A DNA stretch of 64,000 nucleotides, taken from contig NC_043002.1 of the NCBI RefSeq assembly GCF_006345805.1, forward strand, positions 3,596,001-3,660,000, given 5' to 3'. The notes under the pieces are model-generated. The model was not told where the DNA came from and made no database searches. It saw only the letters and a program-made list of their open reading frames with translations. The translations under genes were made by a program, and so were the position numbers. This document shows positions 37,155 through 50,310 of this stretch, one piece after another (the first letter of the stretch is position 1; each line of letters starts with the position of its first letter). Source of the stretch: Octopus sinensis. Lineage: Eukaryota.

Positions 37155-37590
37155 AGGCAGCAAGTTGGCAGAAACGTTAGCTTGCCAAGTGAAATGTATT
37201 TCATCTGTCTTTACACTCTGAGTTCAAATTACACTGAGGTCGACTTTGCCGTTCCTCCTTTCAGGAGCGATAAATTAAGAATCTGTTGCATACTGGGTTG
37301 ATCTAAATAACTGTCCCCCTCCCCTAAAATTTCAGGCTTTGTGCCTCAAGTAGAAAAGTATTTGTATATGTGCAAAGGTGACGAGTTGGCAGAATCATTA
37401 GCATGCCAGGTGAAATACTTACAGGTATTTCATCTGTCCTTACACTCTGAATTCAAATTCCGCCGAGGTCGACTTTGCCTTTCATCCTTTCAGGATCGAT
37501 AATTAAGTACCAGTTGTGTACTGGGGGTCAATCTAATCGACTGGCTCCCTCCCCCAAAATTTTGGGCCTTGTGCCTTGAGTAGAAAAGAA
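37155..37590 (+). mobile_element. Tandem pair of family B' SINEs
   Basis: Two heads (aaggcagcaagttggcagaa at ~37155; aaggtgacgagttggcagaa at ~37375), each ending gccttgtgcct..gtagaaaag. Confidence 0.8.
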
Positions 37591-37689
37591 TATTGTAAAG
37601 ATTGTAAAAAAAAAATGGTCAACCTGGTCGAATGACCAATTCCAACAACTTGGGATTTGCAGTATGAGTTGTACTGTTCATCTTTTGTA

Positions 37690-37895
37690 TCACTCAATAC
37701 AGAATATGGATCATGGGACCTACATTTGGTGATTTTCCTGAGTCCCACCCTTGTGCCCATTTGCAGCTGATTGGACTGAAGCAATGTGAAAGGAAGTGTT
37801 TTGCTTGAGAACACAACAGGCCGACCAGTCTGGAGATTGAGCCCAGGATCTGGTGACCATGAGTGCAACAGACTAACCAACAGGCCATGCACCCT
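37690..37895 (-). mobile_element. tRNA-derived SINE, distinct family (D)
   Basis: Minus strand ggtgcatggcctgttggttag (A box) .. gggctcaatctcc (B-box-like) .. ttgtgttctcaagcaaaacactt. Confidence 0.55.
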
Positions 37896-38130
37896 CACTT
37901 TTTAAAATGTTCCCTTGGTCAACAAGGCAGCAACAGACTGTGAACTTCCATAGCATATCAATTGGTGGGGGCCTCTAAACTGGTAACCCTGTCGAGCTTG
38001 CTTCGTGTGGAAGGTTGGACAAAAAATGAAACCCATCAAAGGGCAGAGGAATTCATGAGGGTCCAACTATGTGTGTGTGTGTGTGCATTAGTATATATAT
38101 TTTTTTATTTATTTATTTATTTTTTATTTA

Positions 38131-38520
38131 TTTTTTTACTTGTTTCAGTCATTTGACTGCGACCATGCTGGAGCACCGCCTTTAGTCGAACAAATCGACC
38201 CCGGGACTTATTCTTTATAAGCCCAGTACTTATTCTATCGCTCTCTTTTGCCGAACCGCTAAGTTACGGGGACGTAAACACACCATCATCGGTTGTCAAG
38301 TGACAAACACAGATACACACACACACACATTATATACATATACATACATATATATGACAGGCTTCTTTCAGTTTCCGTCTACCAAATCCACTCACAAGGC
38401 TTTGGTCGGCCCAAGGTTATAGTAGAAGACACTTGCCCCCAAGGTGTCACGCAGTGGGACTGAACCCGGAACCATGTGGTTGGTTAGCAAGCTACTTACC
38501 ACACAGCCACTCCTGCGCCT
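38131..38520 (-). mobile_element. Full-length family A SINE, young
   Basis: Reverse complement of the 21180-21566 consensus from head to tail. Confidence 0.88.
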
Positions 38521-39308
38521 ATATTGTTTTTATGTATCTTATCTTATTTATATTTCTAAACTTTATATCTTTTTACATTTTTTATGTATTTATATATATG
38601 TATAGGGCAGTGAGTCTCCTTAGCCATGATGAGGGCAACCCATGTATGTCTGTGTGTGTGTTACTGTATGGGGCAGATGGGACTCCCATCTGGGAGAAGG
38701 AAAACTGATATGAAATCAGGTCTGTGGTTGCTGATGGTGCTCTTAGTTGGTGTGCACTACCAGCATCTACTTCCTCAGTCTGGACAGTTTGGGCTCTGTA
38801 GCTTTTGAGCTATTAGACGAGCAGAAATTCCCTCTCATCTCAAATCTGCAATCAATTTGGCATCCGACATGTGGAACACCATACACTAGAACAGTGAAAT
38901 GCTTTTCTGATGGTGAGAGGAGTCTGCATTGTGCTGCACAAACAGTGACCACCATAAAGAAACCATGTGCAGGTGGTTCAGTAAAATACCATCTGCAAAT
39001 ACCACCACCATGTATTGTACCTCCCCAATTCCTATGGCAATGATGGATAGCGATGGGAACAGGTGAAGGATGTCAATGGAAGTTCACACATAGGTAGTCA
39101 GAGGTAGATGGCTGCCTTACACAACATCTGTGAATAATTGGGTAATTCACAACAGATCAATCCTTTTTTTAAGATGGCACTGCTTTCCTCCTATGGAAAA
39201 GGGTCAAGAAAATGTGACCTAAAAATTGCTTACTTGCATTGCTCCCTATCATTAGGTGTAAATGACTGGGGTACCAAAAACTGCACCAGAACATTAAGTG
39301 AATCAAAA

Positions 39309-40085
39309 ATGAAAAATTTTTTAATTGTGTCTTGGAATGTGAAAACTCTTCAGGGCAGCAAAAAAATCACAGATTGTGGGACTGCTTTGCTTTCCTGTGT
39401 CTTGAAGGAAAAAGACATTGGAATAGCAGCTCTTTCAGAAACTAGACTAGCTGATTGCAGTCAGCTGCAGGTGGTCAATGGTGGATATACTTTTTTCTGG
39501 ATAGATAAGCTTCTAAGGCGGCGAGCTGGCAGAAACGTTAGCACACTGGGTAAAATGCTTATCGGTATTTCGTCTGCCGTTACATTCTAAGTTCAAATTC
39601 TGCCAAGGTCGACTTTGCCTTTCATCCATTCAGGGTCGATAAATTAAGTACCAGTTATGCACTGGGGTAAATGTAATCGACTTAATCCCTTTGTCTGTCC
39701 TTGTTTGTCCTCTCTATGTTTAGCCCCTTGTGGGCAATAAAGAAATAAAATAAGCTTCAAGAAGTAAAGAGAGAAACAGGGGTTGGGATTACTATTCGGG
39801 ATGACTTGGTGAAACTCGTTAAATTTCTGTTGGCATTATGGAAAGAAAGACTTATGTCATTGCGTATTGGTAAAAATAGATATGCAACTATTTTCAGCTG
39901 CTCTGCTCCAACCATGACCTCAAATGAAGAAGCCTGAGGGAGAGGTTCTGCTCTAAGTTACGTGGACAATTGAGAAATGGTTCCCTCTATGATAAACTTC
40001 TCCTTTGTGATTTCAATGCATGCATAGGTTGTGATACATCATCTATAAGGGGTGATGTGATAGGGGAGCATGGGGTTGGCATCTG
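39309..40085 (+). mobile_element. RTE/BovB-like APE endonuclease relic interrupted by a SINE
   Basis: SWNVKTL..IGIAALSETRL..GGYTFFWIDKL [SINE] QEVKRETGVGITI .. SAPTMT .. DKLLLCDFNACIG..VIGEHGVG. The frame is restored when the SINE and one TSD are removed. Confidence 0.85.
39514..39749 (+). mobile_element. Family B SINE with 9-bp TSD
   Basis: TSD ataagcttc at 39505-39513 and 39750-39758. Confidence 0.9.
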
Positions 40086-40991
40086 CGGCTGTCTGTCGGG
40101 ACTTTTGATTATTACCTTTATAGTCATACCCCCCACCTCACATATAATCTGTCCTCTTTCAAAACTCCCTCCACAACCCATCTTCAGCACCACCTCCATC
40201 CCACCACTCACTGAAGGCCCCTCCACTATCCCTCACGTCCCTACCCTCACTTATCTACCATACACCCCTCCTAACCACTCCAGTTTCCCTCACCACCACC
40301 ACTTGCTAGTCACCCCTTTCCCATCTCCCCTCACACTCTTATGGAACTGACCCTTGCCCCCCCTCTCTACATCACTTATATTCCTCCTCCCACTCTCCCA
40401 CCATCCATTTCTCTGTCTCTCAGTCTCATCTTTCTCTCTGTCCACCTTTCTATTCCTGCTGGGGTACCCCGAGTATCTCCTCCATAGTAAGACCCCTATC
40501 TCTATCCCTCTGTTTATTAATCTATCAACTGACGCAAAACCACCTCCTTCAGCCCCACCCCCCACTCGAGAGGTCTTCATCTCTCGAGTTACTTGGCAAT
40601 TCCACTCCTGTTGGTGCCATGTAAGAACCACTGATGCTGCTGCCACATAAAACACACCACCCAGTCCACTCTGTAAAGTGGTTGGTATCAGGAGGAGTTT
40701 CCAGCTCTAAGAACCATGCCAAAACAGACCCTGGAACCTGGTGCAGCTCTCTGGCTTGCCTAGTAACTGCCAAACTGTCCAACCAATGCCAGCATAGAAC
40801 ACAGACGTTGAATGGTAATTATGATAATGGTGATAATGATGCGTATGTATAAAGTTTTCCCCAATGCTCCATTCTTGTTAAGCATCCAAATACACTTTGA
40901 ATATTCAATACAAGTTTTCAAGCAGCCATATGTGCTGAGACATACTCATGATCTAACAGAAACTTGTGATTATCTTAATTTCTCCTACATG

Positions 40992-41029
<38 letters not shown>

Positions 41030-41031
<2 letters not shown>

Positions 41032-41605
41032 CGAATCAAATCAAATCAAAAAATCAAACAAAATCAAAATAGATGAACATCAATGGAGTTTGTATCTTTG
41101 TGGTACCAGTGCTGGTGGCACACGAGAAAACCATCCGAACGTGGCCGTAACCAGTGCCGCACCGACTGGCCTCCATGCTGTGGGCACGTAACAATCACCA
41201 TCCGATCGTGGCCAATCGCCAGCCTCATCTGGCTCCTGTGTCGGTGGCACATAAAAAACACCATCCGAGCGTGGTCGTCTGCTAGCCTTGTCTGGCACCT
41301 GTGTCGGTGGCACATAAAAACACCATCCGAGCGTGGCCGTTCGCCAGCCTCGTCTGGCACCTGTGTCAGTGGCACATAAAAACACCATCCGAGCGTGGCC
41401 GTTCGCCAGCCTCGTCTGGCACCTGTGTCGGTGGCACATAAAATCACCCACTACACTCTCGGAGTGGTTGGCATTAGGAAGGGCATCCAGCTGTAGAAAC
41501 ACTGCCGGATCTGACTGGCCTGGTGCAGCCTTCGGGCTCCCCAGACCCCAGTTGAACCGTCCAACCCATGCTAGCATGGAAAGCGGACGTTAAATGATGA
41601 TGATG

Positions 41606-41610
<5 letters not shown>
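41030..41610 (+). mobile_element. RTE 3' UTR copy with ~62-bp tandem repeats
   Basis: Unit ggtggcacataaaaacaccatccgagcgtggccgttcgccagcctcgtctggcacctgtgtc at ~41243, 41306, 41368, 41430, then the standard tail. Confidence 0.88.
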
Positions 41611-41641
<31 letters not shown>

Positions 41642-41659
41642 ATATATATATGTATATAT

Positions 41660-42332
41660 TGACTAGTGACCAAGACCTTTGAAAATGTTCTGTGCTCGAG
41701 AAAACCCAGCAAGCCAAGTGAGACCATAATCCGTGGCCTATACCAGTTGGGTAACCAGCCCACTTAGGCGTACCTTTCTTTCATTGGCCACTAAACCCTG
41801 CTTGCGAAGACCTCCTGAGGCAAGCGAAATTGAAATCAAATTTTCTAACGTGGCCAATGACAGCACCACATGACTGGCATCTGTGCCAGTAGAGCGCTAA
41901 GAGCATCATCAAAGCGTGATCGTTGCCAGGGCTGCTGACTTGCTCCCGTGCCAGTGGTATGTAAAAAGCACCATTCGAGCATGATCGTTACCAGCGTCAC
42001 CTTACTGACACTTGTGCCGGTGGTACGTGATTAACAACATTTGAGTGAGATCGTTGCCAGTGCTGCTGGATTGGCTCCTGTGCAGGTGGCACATAAAATA
42101 CACCATTTGAGCATGGCTGTTGTCAGTACTGCCTGACTGGTTTCTATGCTGGTGGCACGTAAAAGCACCCACTACACTCTCAGAGTGGTTGGCGTTGGGA
42201 AGGGCATCCAGCTGTAGAAACTCTGCCAGATCAGATCGGGGCCTGGTATAGCCATCTGGTTTGCCAGTCCTCAGTTAAACCATCCGACCCATGCCAGCAT
42301 GGAAAGCAGATGTTAAGCAATGATGATGATGA
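41660..42332 (+). mobile_element. RTE ORF2 terminus plus complete 3' UTR
   Basis: Starts tgactagtgaccaagacctttg (same as just after the ORF2 remnant at 43174); degenerate ~60-bp repeats; (GAT)n tail. Confidence 0.8.
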
Positions 42333-42419
42333 TCTATCATCATCATCATTTAACGTCTGTTTTCCATGCTAGCATGGGTTGGACGGTTCTTCTGTGCTGA
42401 TCACCTTGTTCTACCAAAG

Positions 42420-43685
42420 TCTTAGTAAGTAGAAAAGCAGACAAATCACAAATCCCTTCAGGTAGATGGCCCTGCTTGCTCTGTAGCAAAGGTGTAGGTA
42501 GGAACTCCATAAGATGCACCCGATGTAAGCTTTGGACACATAAAAACGTACAGCAATATCAGAGGAAGGTTAACATGGAAACTAGCTTTGGTATGTGGAA
42601 GAGGCACAGGTACAATAAATACCGAAAATATAAACAGGGAATAGACTCCATCAACTGCCAGCGGGGCATGCTTGAGGTAGTAGATAGTTTCCGTTATCTA
42701 GGTGACCAAGTTCGTAGTGGAGGTGGATGCTCCAAGAGCAAAGCTGTGAGAATAAGATTAGACTGGGCAACGTTCAGAGAGCTTCTACTCCTGCTGGCAA
42801 CAAAGGGCCTCTTTCTCAGAGTTAAAGGCAAATTATTTGATGTGTGTGTGCAAACAGCTATGCTGCATGTCAGTGAAACATGGGATGTGACAGCTGAGGA
42901 CATGCGTAGGCTAGAAAGAAATGAAGGCAGTATGCTTCGCTGGATGTACAATGTCAATGTGCATGTTCAACAGAGTGTAAGTATTTTGACAGGAAAGGTA
43001 GGCATAAGAGGCATTAGATGTGATGTGCAAGAGAGACAACTACACTGGTATGGTCATGTGGTGCATATGGACAAGGACAACTGTGTAAAGAAGTGTGGAT
43101 CCCTAACTGTGAAGGGAACCTGTAGTAGAGGTAGAGCCAGGAAGACATTTGAAATTTGACCCTTACAGAGCCAATGACTAGTGACTAAGACCTTTGGCAA
43201 TGTGCTGTGTTTGAGAGGACCCATCAAGCAAAGTGAAATCACAGTTGTGGCATTGGTACCTGTGCTGGTGACATGTAAAGAACATCATTTGAGGTCTGGG
43301 CCTCATGGAGACAAAGTGGTTATGTTCCTTTTGAGTGTTGGGCCTCACGGAGGCAATGACCAAGAGCTTTGGCATTGTGTTGTGCTTGAGAAGAAGACCC
43401 CCCAAGCCAAGTAAAATCGCAGTCGTGACTGATACCAGTGTCACGCAAATTGGCACCTGTGCCAGTGACACATAAATATCTCAGTGTCGCGCAAATGTCA
43501 CCTGTGTCAGTGGCACATAAAAAGCACCCATTTCACTTTCCTATTGGTTGGCATTAGGAAGGGCATCCAGCTGTAGAAAACCAGGCCAAATCAGACTGGA
43601 GCCTGGTGCAGCCCTCCAGTGTGTCAGCCCGGCCAAACCACCCAACCCATGCCAGGATGGACAGTGGACATTAAAGGATGATGAT
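42420..43685 (+). mobile_element. 5'-truncated RTE LINE: ORF2 C-terminal region (42476-43159) plus 3' UTR
   Basis: CSKGVGRNSIRCTRCKLWTHK, EVVDSFRYLGD, RIRLDWATFREL, MLHVSETW, MLRWM, ERQLHWYGHVVHM, RGRARKT; continues into the family C UTR. Confidence 0.9.
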
Positions 43686-43793
43686 ATGCGTGTGTGTGTA
43701 TGCATATGAACAGATGTATGTGTGTATGTATATATGTTTATGTGCGTATGTGTGTGTATATATATATATGTACAAATATGTATATGTATGTGC

Positions 43794-43827
<34 letters not shown>

Positions 43828-44412
43828 TCATCATCATCATTTAGCGTCCGCTTTCCATGCTAGCATGGGTTGGACGGTTCAACTGGGGTCTGTGAAGCTG
43901 TGTATATATATATACACACACATGTTTGTGTTTGTGTATATATGAATATGTATGTTTGTGTATATATATGTATATATGTGTGCATATATCTATGTGTAAT
44001 ATGGATATGTATGTATCTGTGTATGTATGTATGTCTGTATCAGTGTGTATATATGCACATATATGTGTGTACATGCAAATGTATAATGGTTAAGAGGCAT
44101 GTAAGTATATTAGTGTGTGTGTGTGTGTGTATGTATGTATATATGTAGACTATACCATGTTTGAGAATTGAATAAGTGACCTGAAATCAATGGGCACCAC
44201 ACTGGTCATATTTTGACAAGAACACAAGACTGACCACTCCAAAATATTCCATTTCCTTATTCTTGATGGACATAACTCTCCTTCCACTCTCTCTTCTCAA
44301 TTGCCATTGGTCTTACCTTTATCTGTATTTTTTCTTGATTTCATTTACTTTTTTCCTCCTCCTCCTCCTCCTTCTTCTTCTTCTTCTTCACACATGCTTT
44401 GGCATATTATAT

Positions 44413-44616
44413 ACTCTTTTACTTGTTTCAGTCATTTGACTGCGGCCATGCTGGAGCACCGCCTTTAGTCAAGCAAATCGACCCCAGGACTTATTCTTTG
44501 TAAGCCCAGTACTTATTCTATCGGTCTCTTTTGCTGAACCGCTAAGTGACGGGGACGTAAACACACCAGCATCGCTTGTCAAGCAATGCTAGGGGGACAA
44601 ACACAGATACACAGAC

Positions 44617-44656
<40 letters not shown>

Positions 44657-44825
44657 ATATATACGACGGGCTTCTTTTAGTTTCCATCTACCAAATCCAC
44701 TCACAAGGCTTTGGTCGGCCCGGGGCTATAGCAGAAGACACTTGCCCAAGGTGCCACGCAGTGGGAATGAACCCGGAACCATGTGGTTGGTTAGCAAGCT
44801 ATTTACCACACAGCCACTCCTGCGC
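44413..44825 (-). mobile_element. Full-length family A SINE, young
   Basis: Same consensus as 38131-38520. Confidence 0.88.
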
Positions 44826-45398
44826 TATATATAGTTTTTTATATATTTTCCCCCTTTTTTGTGCATGTTTTTTTTGTACCTATACTTGTAAGAAAAAAAA
44901 TCTTTTGCTATTTAAGCAACCAGTAAAAACAATACATTTTCCAGTCTGAAAACGGTTCCTTGAAGCTCACAACTCATACCAGACTAATTAATTTGTAAAC
45001 TTTATTATTAAGATTAAAATTTAAATTATCCCCCACCCTACCAAAAACCCCCCATCTCTACTCATTTTTTTCAAATATATCTAATACTGTACCAAGAACT
45101 TTCTTTTTATTCTTCTACTATGTATGCATGTATGTATGTATGTATGTATGTATGTATGTATGCATGCATGTATGCATGCCATGATAGATCGTTAGCTCCT
45201 ACACGCATTTTTTTCCTCTCCTTTTTTTCTGTGTATCTTTCTGTAGAAGAGTGTAGGCTCGAAATGTAAAAGACGTTTTCTATTCCTGAGCGCTATACTA
45301 ATACATTTGTTTGTTTGTACTCCACCTGCCTTCGTCTTTTGTTTATTTTCGTAAACTTTCCCTTTATATATGTATGTATATATGTATGTACATATGTA

Positions 45399-46436
45399 TC
45401 AGGTCATTAAGAATGAATTGTCCAATTTTGAGCTGAAAGTTTATTTTACTTTATCTCAACAAAAAGCAATGCAGCTAATCAAAGTATGCACCTAAAACAT
45501 GAACACAATTTTGCCATTTTATTGGCAGCTTATTTATGCTGGCAGCAGCGAAGAATTCTGGAGAGCAAAAGGAGATGAAATCACGAAAGGCATCTTCTTC
45601 AGATTTGAAGATTTTATCTTGCAAAAGTTTGTCTAATGCCTGGAAAACGTGATGGTCAGTTGGTGCAAGGTCTGGTGAATATGGTGGATGACAGAGTAAT
45701 TCCAATAGTCTTTTTTGGATTGTGCTTTGGCACTTTGTCTCTATCCAACCACTGTGCAGAACACTTGCTATTGTTGAATAGAATCCATTTTTCATCATGC
45801 ATAACAATACTATGCAAAAATGGTTCGCTTTTATGCCATGACAGCAAAGAACAGCAAGTTTCAAGACAACGAGCCATTTGATGTTCGTTCAGTTCGTGTG
45901 GTACCCATCTTGTCCAGCTTCTTTACTTTGCTGATTTGTTTCAGTTGGTCCAATACAGTTGGAATCGAAACATCAAACCTTGCTGCTAACTTATGGGTAG
46001 TGTGAGATGTATCCCCTGCCACTACAGTTTCCAGCTCATCATTATCCACCTTGGTCTCAGGTCTACCATGGGGCTGCTTTTCAAGAGTAAAGTCACCAGA
46101 CCCAAACCTCTCAAACCATCGATGTACAGTGCACTCATTTGCCACATCTTCACCAAACACCTCATTGATGTTTCGAACTGTCTGGGATGCATTGGTTCCA
46201 CAACGGAACTCATATTCATAAACAACACAAATTTTTGATCTATCCATGGGTTCACAAAAGTTGATTTATAAGAGGAAAATCACAATATAATCAGACACCA
46301 TGAATTGCATTTCGAAAAGTGATGATGTAATTCTTCAATGTTGTAAAATGAAGAATTGTCAGGATAAAACATTAGAGTTAATGACTGTCAAAATTAGTAC
46401 ATAAGAAAATCAGACGTTTCATTCTTAATGATATGA
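45399..46436 (-). mobile_element. Mariner remnant (cecropia/Hsmar1-like) with internal deletion
   Basis: TIRs tcaggtcattaagaatgaa / ttcattcttaatgatatga with TA flanks. ORF pieces EFRCGTNASQTVRNINEVFG..KVKKLDK, VMHDEKWILFNN, HPPYSPDLAPTDHHVFQAL..GAYFD. Confidence 0.9.
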
Positions 46437-46664
46437 TATTATGCACAGCCATGCCAGCATGGAAGGCAGACGTTAAACAATGATGATGTACGTCGTCATT
46501 TAATGTCCATGTTCCATGCTAGCATAGGTGGGACAGTATCATAAGAGCCGACCAGGCCAAAACCTGCACCAGACTTCTGTGACTCTTTTGGCAGGATTTT
46601 TACAGCTGGATGCCCTTCCTAATACCAACATGTATATGTGTGTTTATATATATATATATCATCA

Positions 46665-46910
46665 TCATCATCATCGTTTAACGTCCGTTCTCCATGCTAG
46701 CATGGGTTGGACAGTTCGACCGGGGATCTGGGAAGCCAGAATGCTACACCAGGCTCCAGTCTTATCTGGCAATGTTTCTACAGCTGGATGCCCTTCCTAA
46801 TGCCAACCACTCCGTGAGTGTAGTGGGTGCTTTTTACGTGCCACCTGCACAGGTGCCAGGCGAGGCTGGCAACGGCCACGGTCGGATTGGTGTATTTTAC
46901 GTGCCACCGA
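46665..46910 (-). mobile_element. RTE 3'-end fragment (family C)
   Basis: catcatcatcgtttaacgtccgttctccatgctagcatgggttggacag..ggatgcccttcctaatgccaaccactcc. Confidence 0.85.
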
Positions 46911-47312
46911 TATATATATATATATTTATGTATGTATATTTATGTATGTATATGTATATATCTATGTATGTGTGTGTATGTATATATTTGTTTATGTGTG
47001 TGTATGCATAAATATATATATATATATATACCGGAGTAAATACATAAATGTGAAACAAGGTGGAAAAAAGAGTACTCAAATACCAGTGGTAGAGTAATAT
47101 GCTTTATTTAAAGCAGCAGAAAATTCAACAAAACCTGTTACTCTGAGTTTCCCGTTGCCATTGTGTCATCATCATTGTTTAACATCCACTTCCCATGCTG
47201 GTATGGGTTGTACGGTTTGACTGAGGACTGGTGAACCAGATGGCTGCACCAGGCTCCATTCTAAGCTGGCAGAATTTCTACAGCTGGATGCCCTTCCTAA
47301 TGCCAAAGTCAT

Positions 47313-49000
47313 TCAAATCAGGAATCGGACAATATGGCCCATTCGAAGAGAAAGCCTTACAGAGACATATCCAGGTGTAGGAGGTTTATCCGGGATTTCT
47401 TGAAGGAATTTGTCTAAAGACTTCTTGGACTTTATGGTGTATACTTCTACTTTAATGTGCTTTGGTGTAACGTCAAAGAGAGTGGAGCCAATTGTGGTGA
47501 AATAATTGTGCTGTATTGTTGTTATGTGATGTGAGTATGATTTATGTCTTGGGTGTGTCTTAAAGGCAATGCCAACATCATTTGAGCAATGCTGATGGAA
47601 TATTTTCCACATCATGCAGATTATGAAGCGCTCACGGCGGTGTTGGAAAGAATAAAGCTTGAGCTTTTCTAGTTGACTCCCAAAAGTCAAGGCCTGTCAT
47701 GCCATCTATCTTTTCTTGTAATTGACCCCTGAACTGCCTCAACTTTCATGATACTTTGTTTCGTGTGGGGAGACCACACTGGACAACAATAGTCAAGGTG
47801 AGGGTCGGACAAAAGTGGAGAAGAGAAGGATAATGGTGTGGATATCTCTCGACTGGAAAGTTCTGAGAATCCAGGAACATATTCTGTGGGCATGTCAACT
47901 TTACTGTTTATATGAGCGACCCAGCTTATGTTGTTGTTCATAATTACTCCCAAGTCTCTGATGTTGTTGGATGCCATGAGAGTTTCACCTGAAGGAAGGG
48001 AGTATGGGAGTTTCTGGGTATCCTCTTTTCCGAAGTGGATTAACTCAAGCTTGTCCTCATTCAGCAGCATATTATTCTTTTCTGCCCATTGGACGACAGC
48101 CATTAGATCTGATGGAAGGCACGTCCAGTCACTCACTTCCTTGATGACCTTCTGGATCTTGGAATCATCTGCAAAAATTCTTAGGATCTTTTCACTTTGA
48201 CCGGCAGATTTTTAAAATAATTTCTTTGTAACTAAACACTTTTAAACTTTGTAACATCTTTTTCTCTTGGCTTTCTTGAGAAAATTCTGTAGTTTGTAAG
48301 CTATTTGTTGTTCAATTTCTTGCATTTCGGCAATTTCAACCAATCAATGACGTCTATTGAGGTGAATACAATTTGATATGACACCACCAGAAAATGTTGT
48401 TGACAAACTACGGCAGAAAATGTATTCACCTCAATAGACGTCATTGATTGGTTGAAATTGCCGAAATGCAAGAAATTGAACAACAAATAGCTTACAAACT
48501 ACAGAATTTTCTCAAGAAAGCCAAGAGAAAAAGATGTTTTATAAATACATTCTACCAGTATACGAAGTTTAAAAGTGTTTAGTTACAAAGAAATTATTTT
48601 TAAAATCTGCCGGTCAAAGTGAAAAGATCCAATTCTTATGTAACTGTGCTTGATGGTGTTTACATTGATGTAGATGATGAAAAGGAGTGGGCCCAACACA
48701 GTGCCTTGTAGAACACCACTACTGACTTTGGCTGGGCTTAATTTTAATCCTTTGACTATAATGTGTTAGGTTCTGTTTGTCAGGAAACACTTGATCCATT
48801 GTAGTAATTTTCCAAAGACACCAATGTTGGATAGTTTTTTTCAAGAGAATCTTATGATCAACCCTGTCAAAGGCCTAGGGGGAAATCAAGGTGGATGACA
48901 TCACTACTCAAGTCCTCTCCCAAAGCTCTGAAAATGTCATCAAAGTGATGCAGGAGCTGTGTTAGGCAGTTCCTTGTCCAGTTGATTTCTGAAATGTATA
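47313..49000 (-). mobile_element. CR1-type LINE reverse-transcriptase pseudogene, interrupted by a fold-back MITE
   Basis: Minus strand GRNCLTQLL, LDF.AFDRVDHKILL.KL..IG, SGVLQGTVLGPLLFIIYIN, HSYIRIFADDSKI (after MITE removal), W...NNM.LN..K, RDLGV, PHLDYCCPVWSPH, LKLYSFQHRRER. Confidence 0.9.
48184..48630. mobile_element. 447-bp fold-back MITE with GG...CC ends and 8-bp TSD (Merlin-like by inference)
   Basis: Arms 48184-48370 and 48421-48630 are inverted repeats (one ~23-bp indel) around a 50-bp spacer. TSD aattctta at 48176-48183 and 48631-48638. Confidence 0.9.
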
Positions 49001-50089
49001 AGGACCATTTCGTGCCAATGTGTCAACAGTTGTGGTCCTGCATTGAAGCTGAAGGTGGATTCTTTGAATGATCTTATAAGAAACCTTAATGAGAATATGT
49101 GCACAAATTTATATTCAAACATCCTTGGTTTTTGCGAGATTAAAGTTGTTTTATTGATTTATCAAATATGTCCTTAAATACCCCTAATACCCTTTGTTTG
49201 TATGTATATCTGTCTGTCTTCTTTGCACTCTACAAAATCTTGTTCACTTCAAAGACATGTGCAATGAAAATCTTTACTCAAAAAACAAGAATCAACTATA
49301 ATCAGTGCATCTGACTGTAAAATAATTTATCCTTCTAATCCATGCCAGTACGGGAAAAACAGACATAAAATGAATTAATCTTAAATTTATTGGAAGAGAA
49401 AATGCAAAAGATTGAATGGAATCAATATTTTATTTCATTGTGTTACTGGCTTAAAATAATCAATACCATAATTTTATTTTCGCATTGGTTTTATTGGAAG
49501 GAAGGGGCCGTACCCTTGGCTTTTACAGCTTCTTACATGGGTAAGATCTACATAATTAGAATGTGTTAATTAGCATTCACCACTTCAAAGGGGGTCATTC
49601 TTTGAATGTGATGATATTTATGGGGCAGCAGCAAAACCTCTGACATAGAAACAGCACTCTACTGTTGATGTCACCTGAACTTTGTAAAGGATTAAAAGCT
49701 TTTAAGGCCTCAACTGGTTCTGGGGAAGAAGAAAGATTTTGTAATACAGTCCTTGCTTTGTTGAGGATGTGTATTCATGTGTGCCAACAATGCCCGTGAC
49801 ACCACTTTTCGTGCCTCCACCAAACTTGGATATCTCATTTTAAATCTACACTGACCCTTTGAATAGAGTCATTAAAAGTATCTTCTAATGGGGTTTTGTG
49901 AATCTTTATCATCTTCAACAACAAAAAGACATAATCACTACACCTGCCAAGAAAACATTACTCAGCTCCCAAACGACATGTTAACGAGAGCCCACAATTC
50001 TGCTATGAATATGAGACCTCACTGAAACAGGATTTCTCTGAACAGTACCCTGTATTCAACCAAACAGAGTTGCCTCAGAACTTCTTTCA

Positions 50090-50310
50090 CCCTTTTGTTA
50101 CCATATTTCTGTTGAGATGCTCTGTGCTTCTTTCAATTAATTTTGTATATAACAAAGAATTTAGTAAAATAACTTGGTTATCATTAAGCTAGTGCTAGGA
50201 ACATAAAGTGTGACCAAGGTTTGATGGAAGATTTTAATTCAGAACTTTTGAAAACAAGGCATTGTATTACAGATCCAGAGCCGATTTCAGCCGGGTTGGT
50301 ATTAAAAGGG
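50090..50310. mobile_element. piggyBac-type MITE (221 bp)
   Basis: Ends cccttttgttacc / ggtattaaaaggg. Flanks ttca (50086-50089, mutated) and ttaa (50311-50314). Confidence 0.75.

Noticed and set aside
41243-41440. CRISPR-like repeat array
   Set aside because: Contiguous ~62-bp tandem units without unique spacers, inside an RTE 3' UTR; eukaryotic context with no cas genes.
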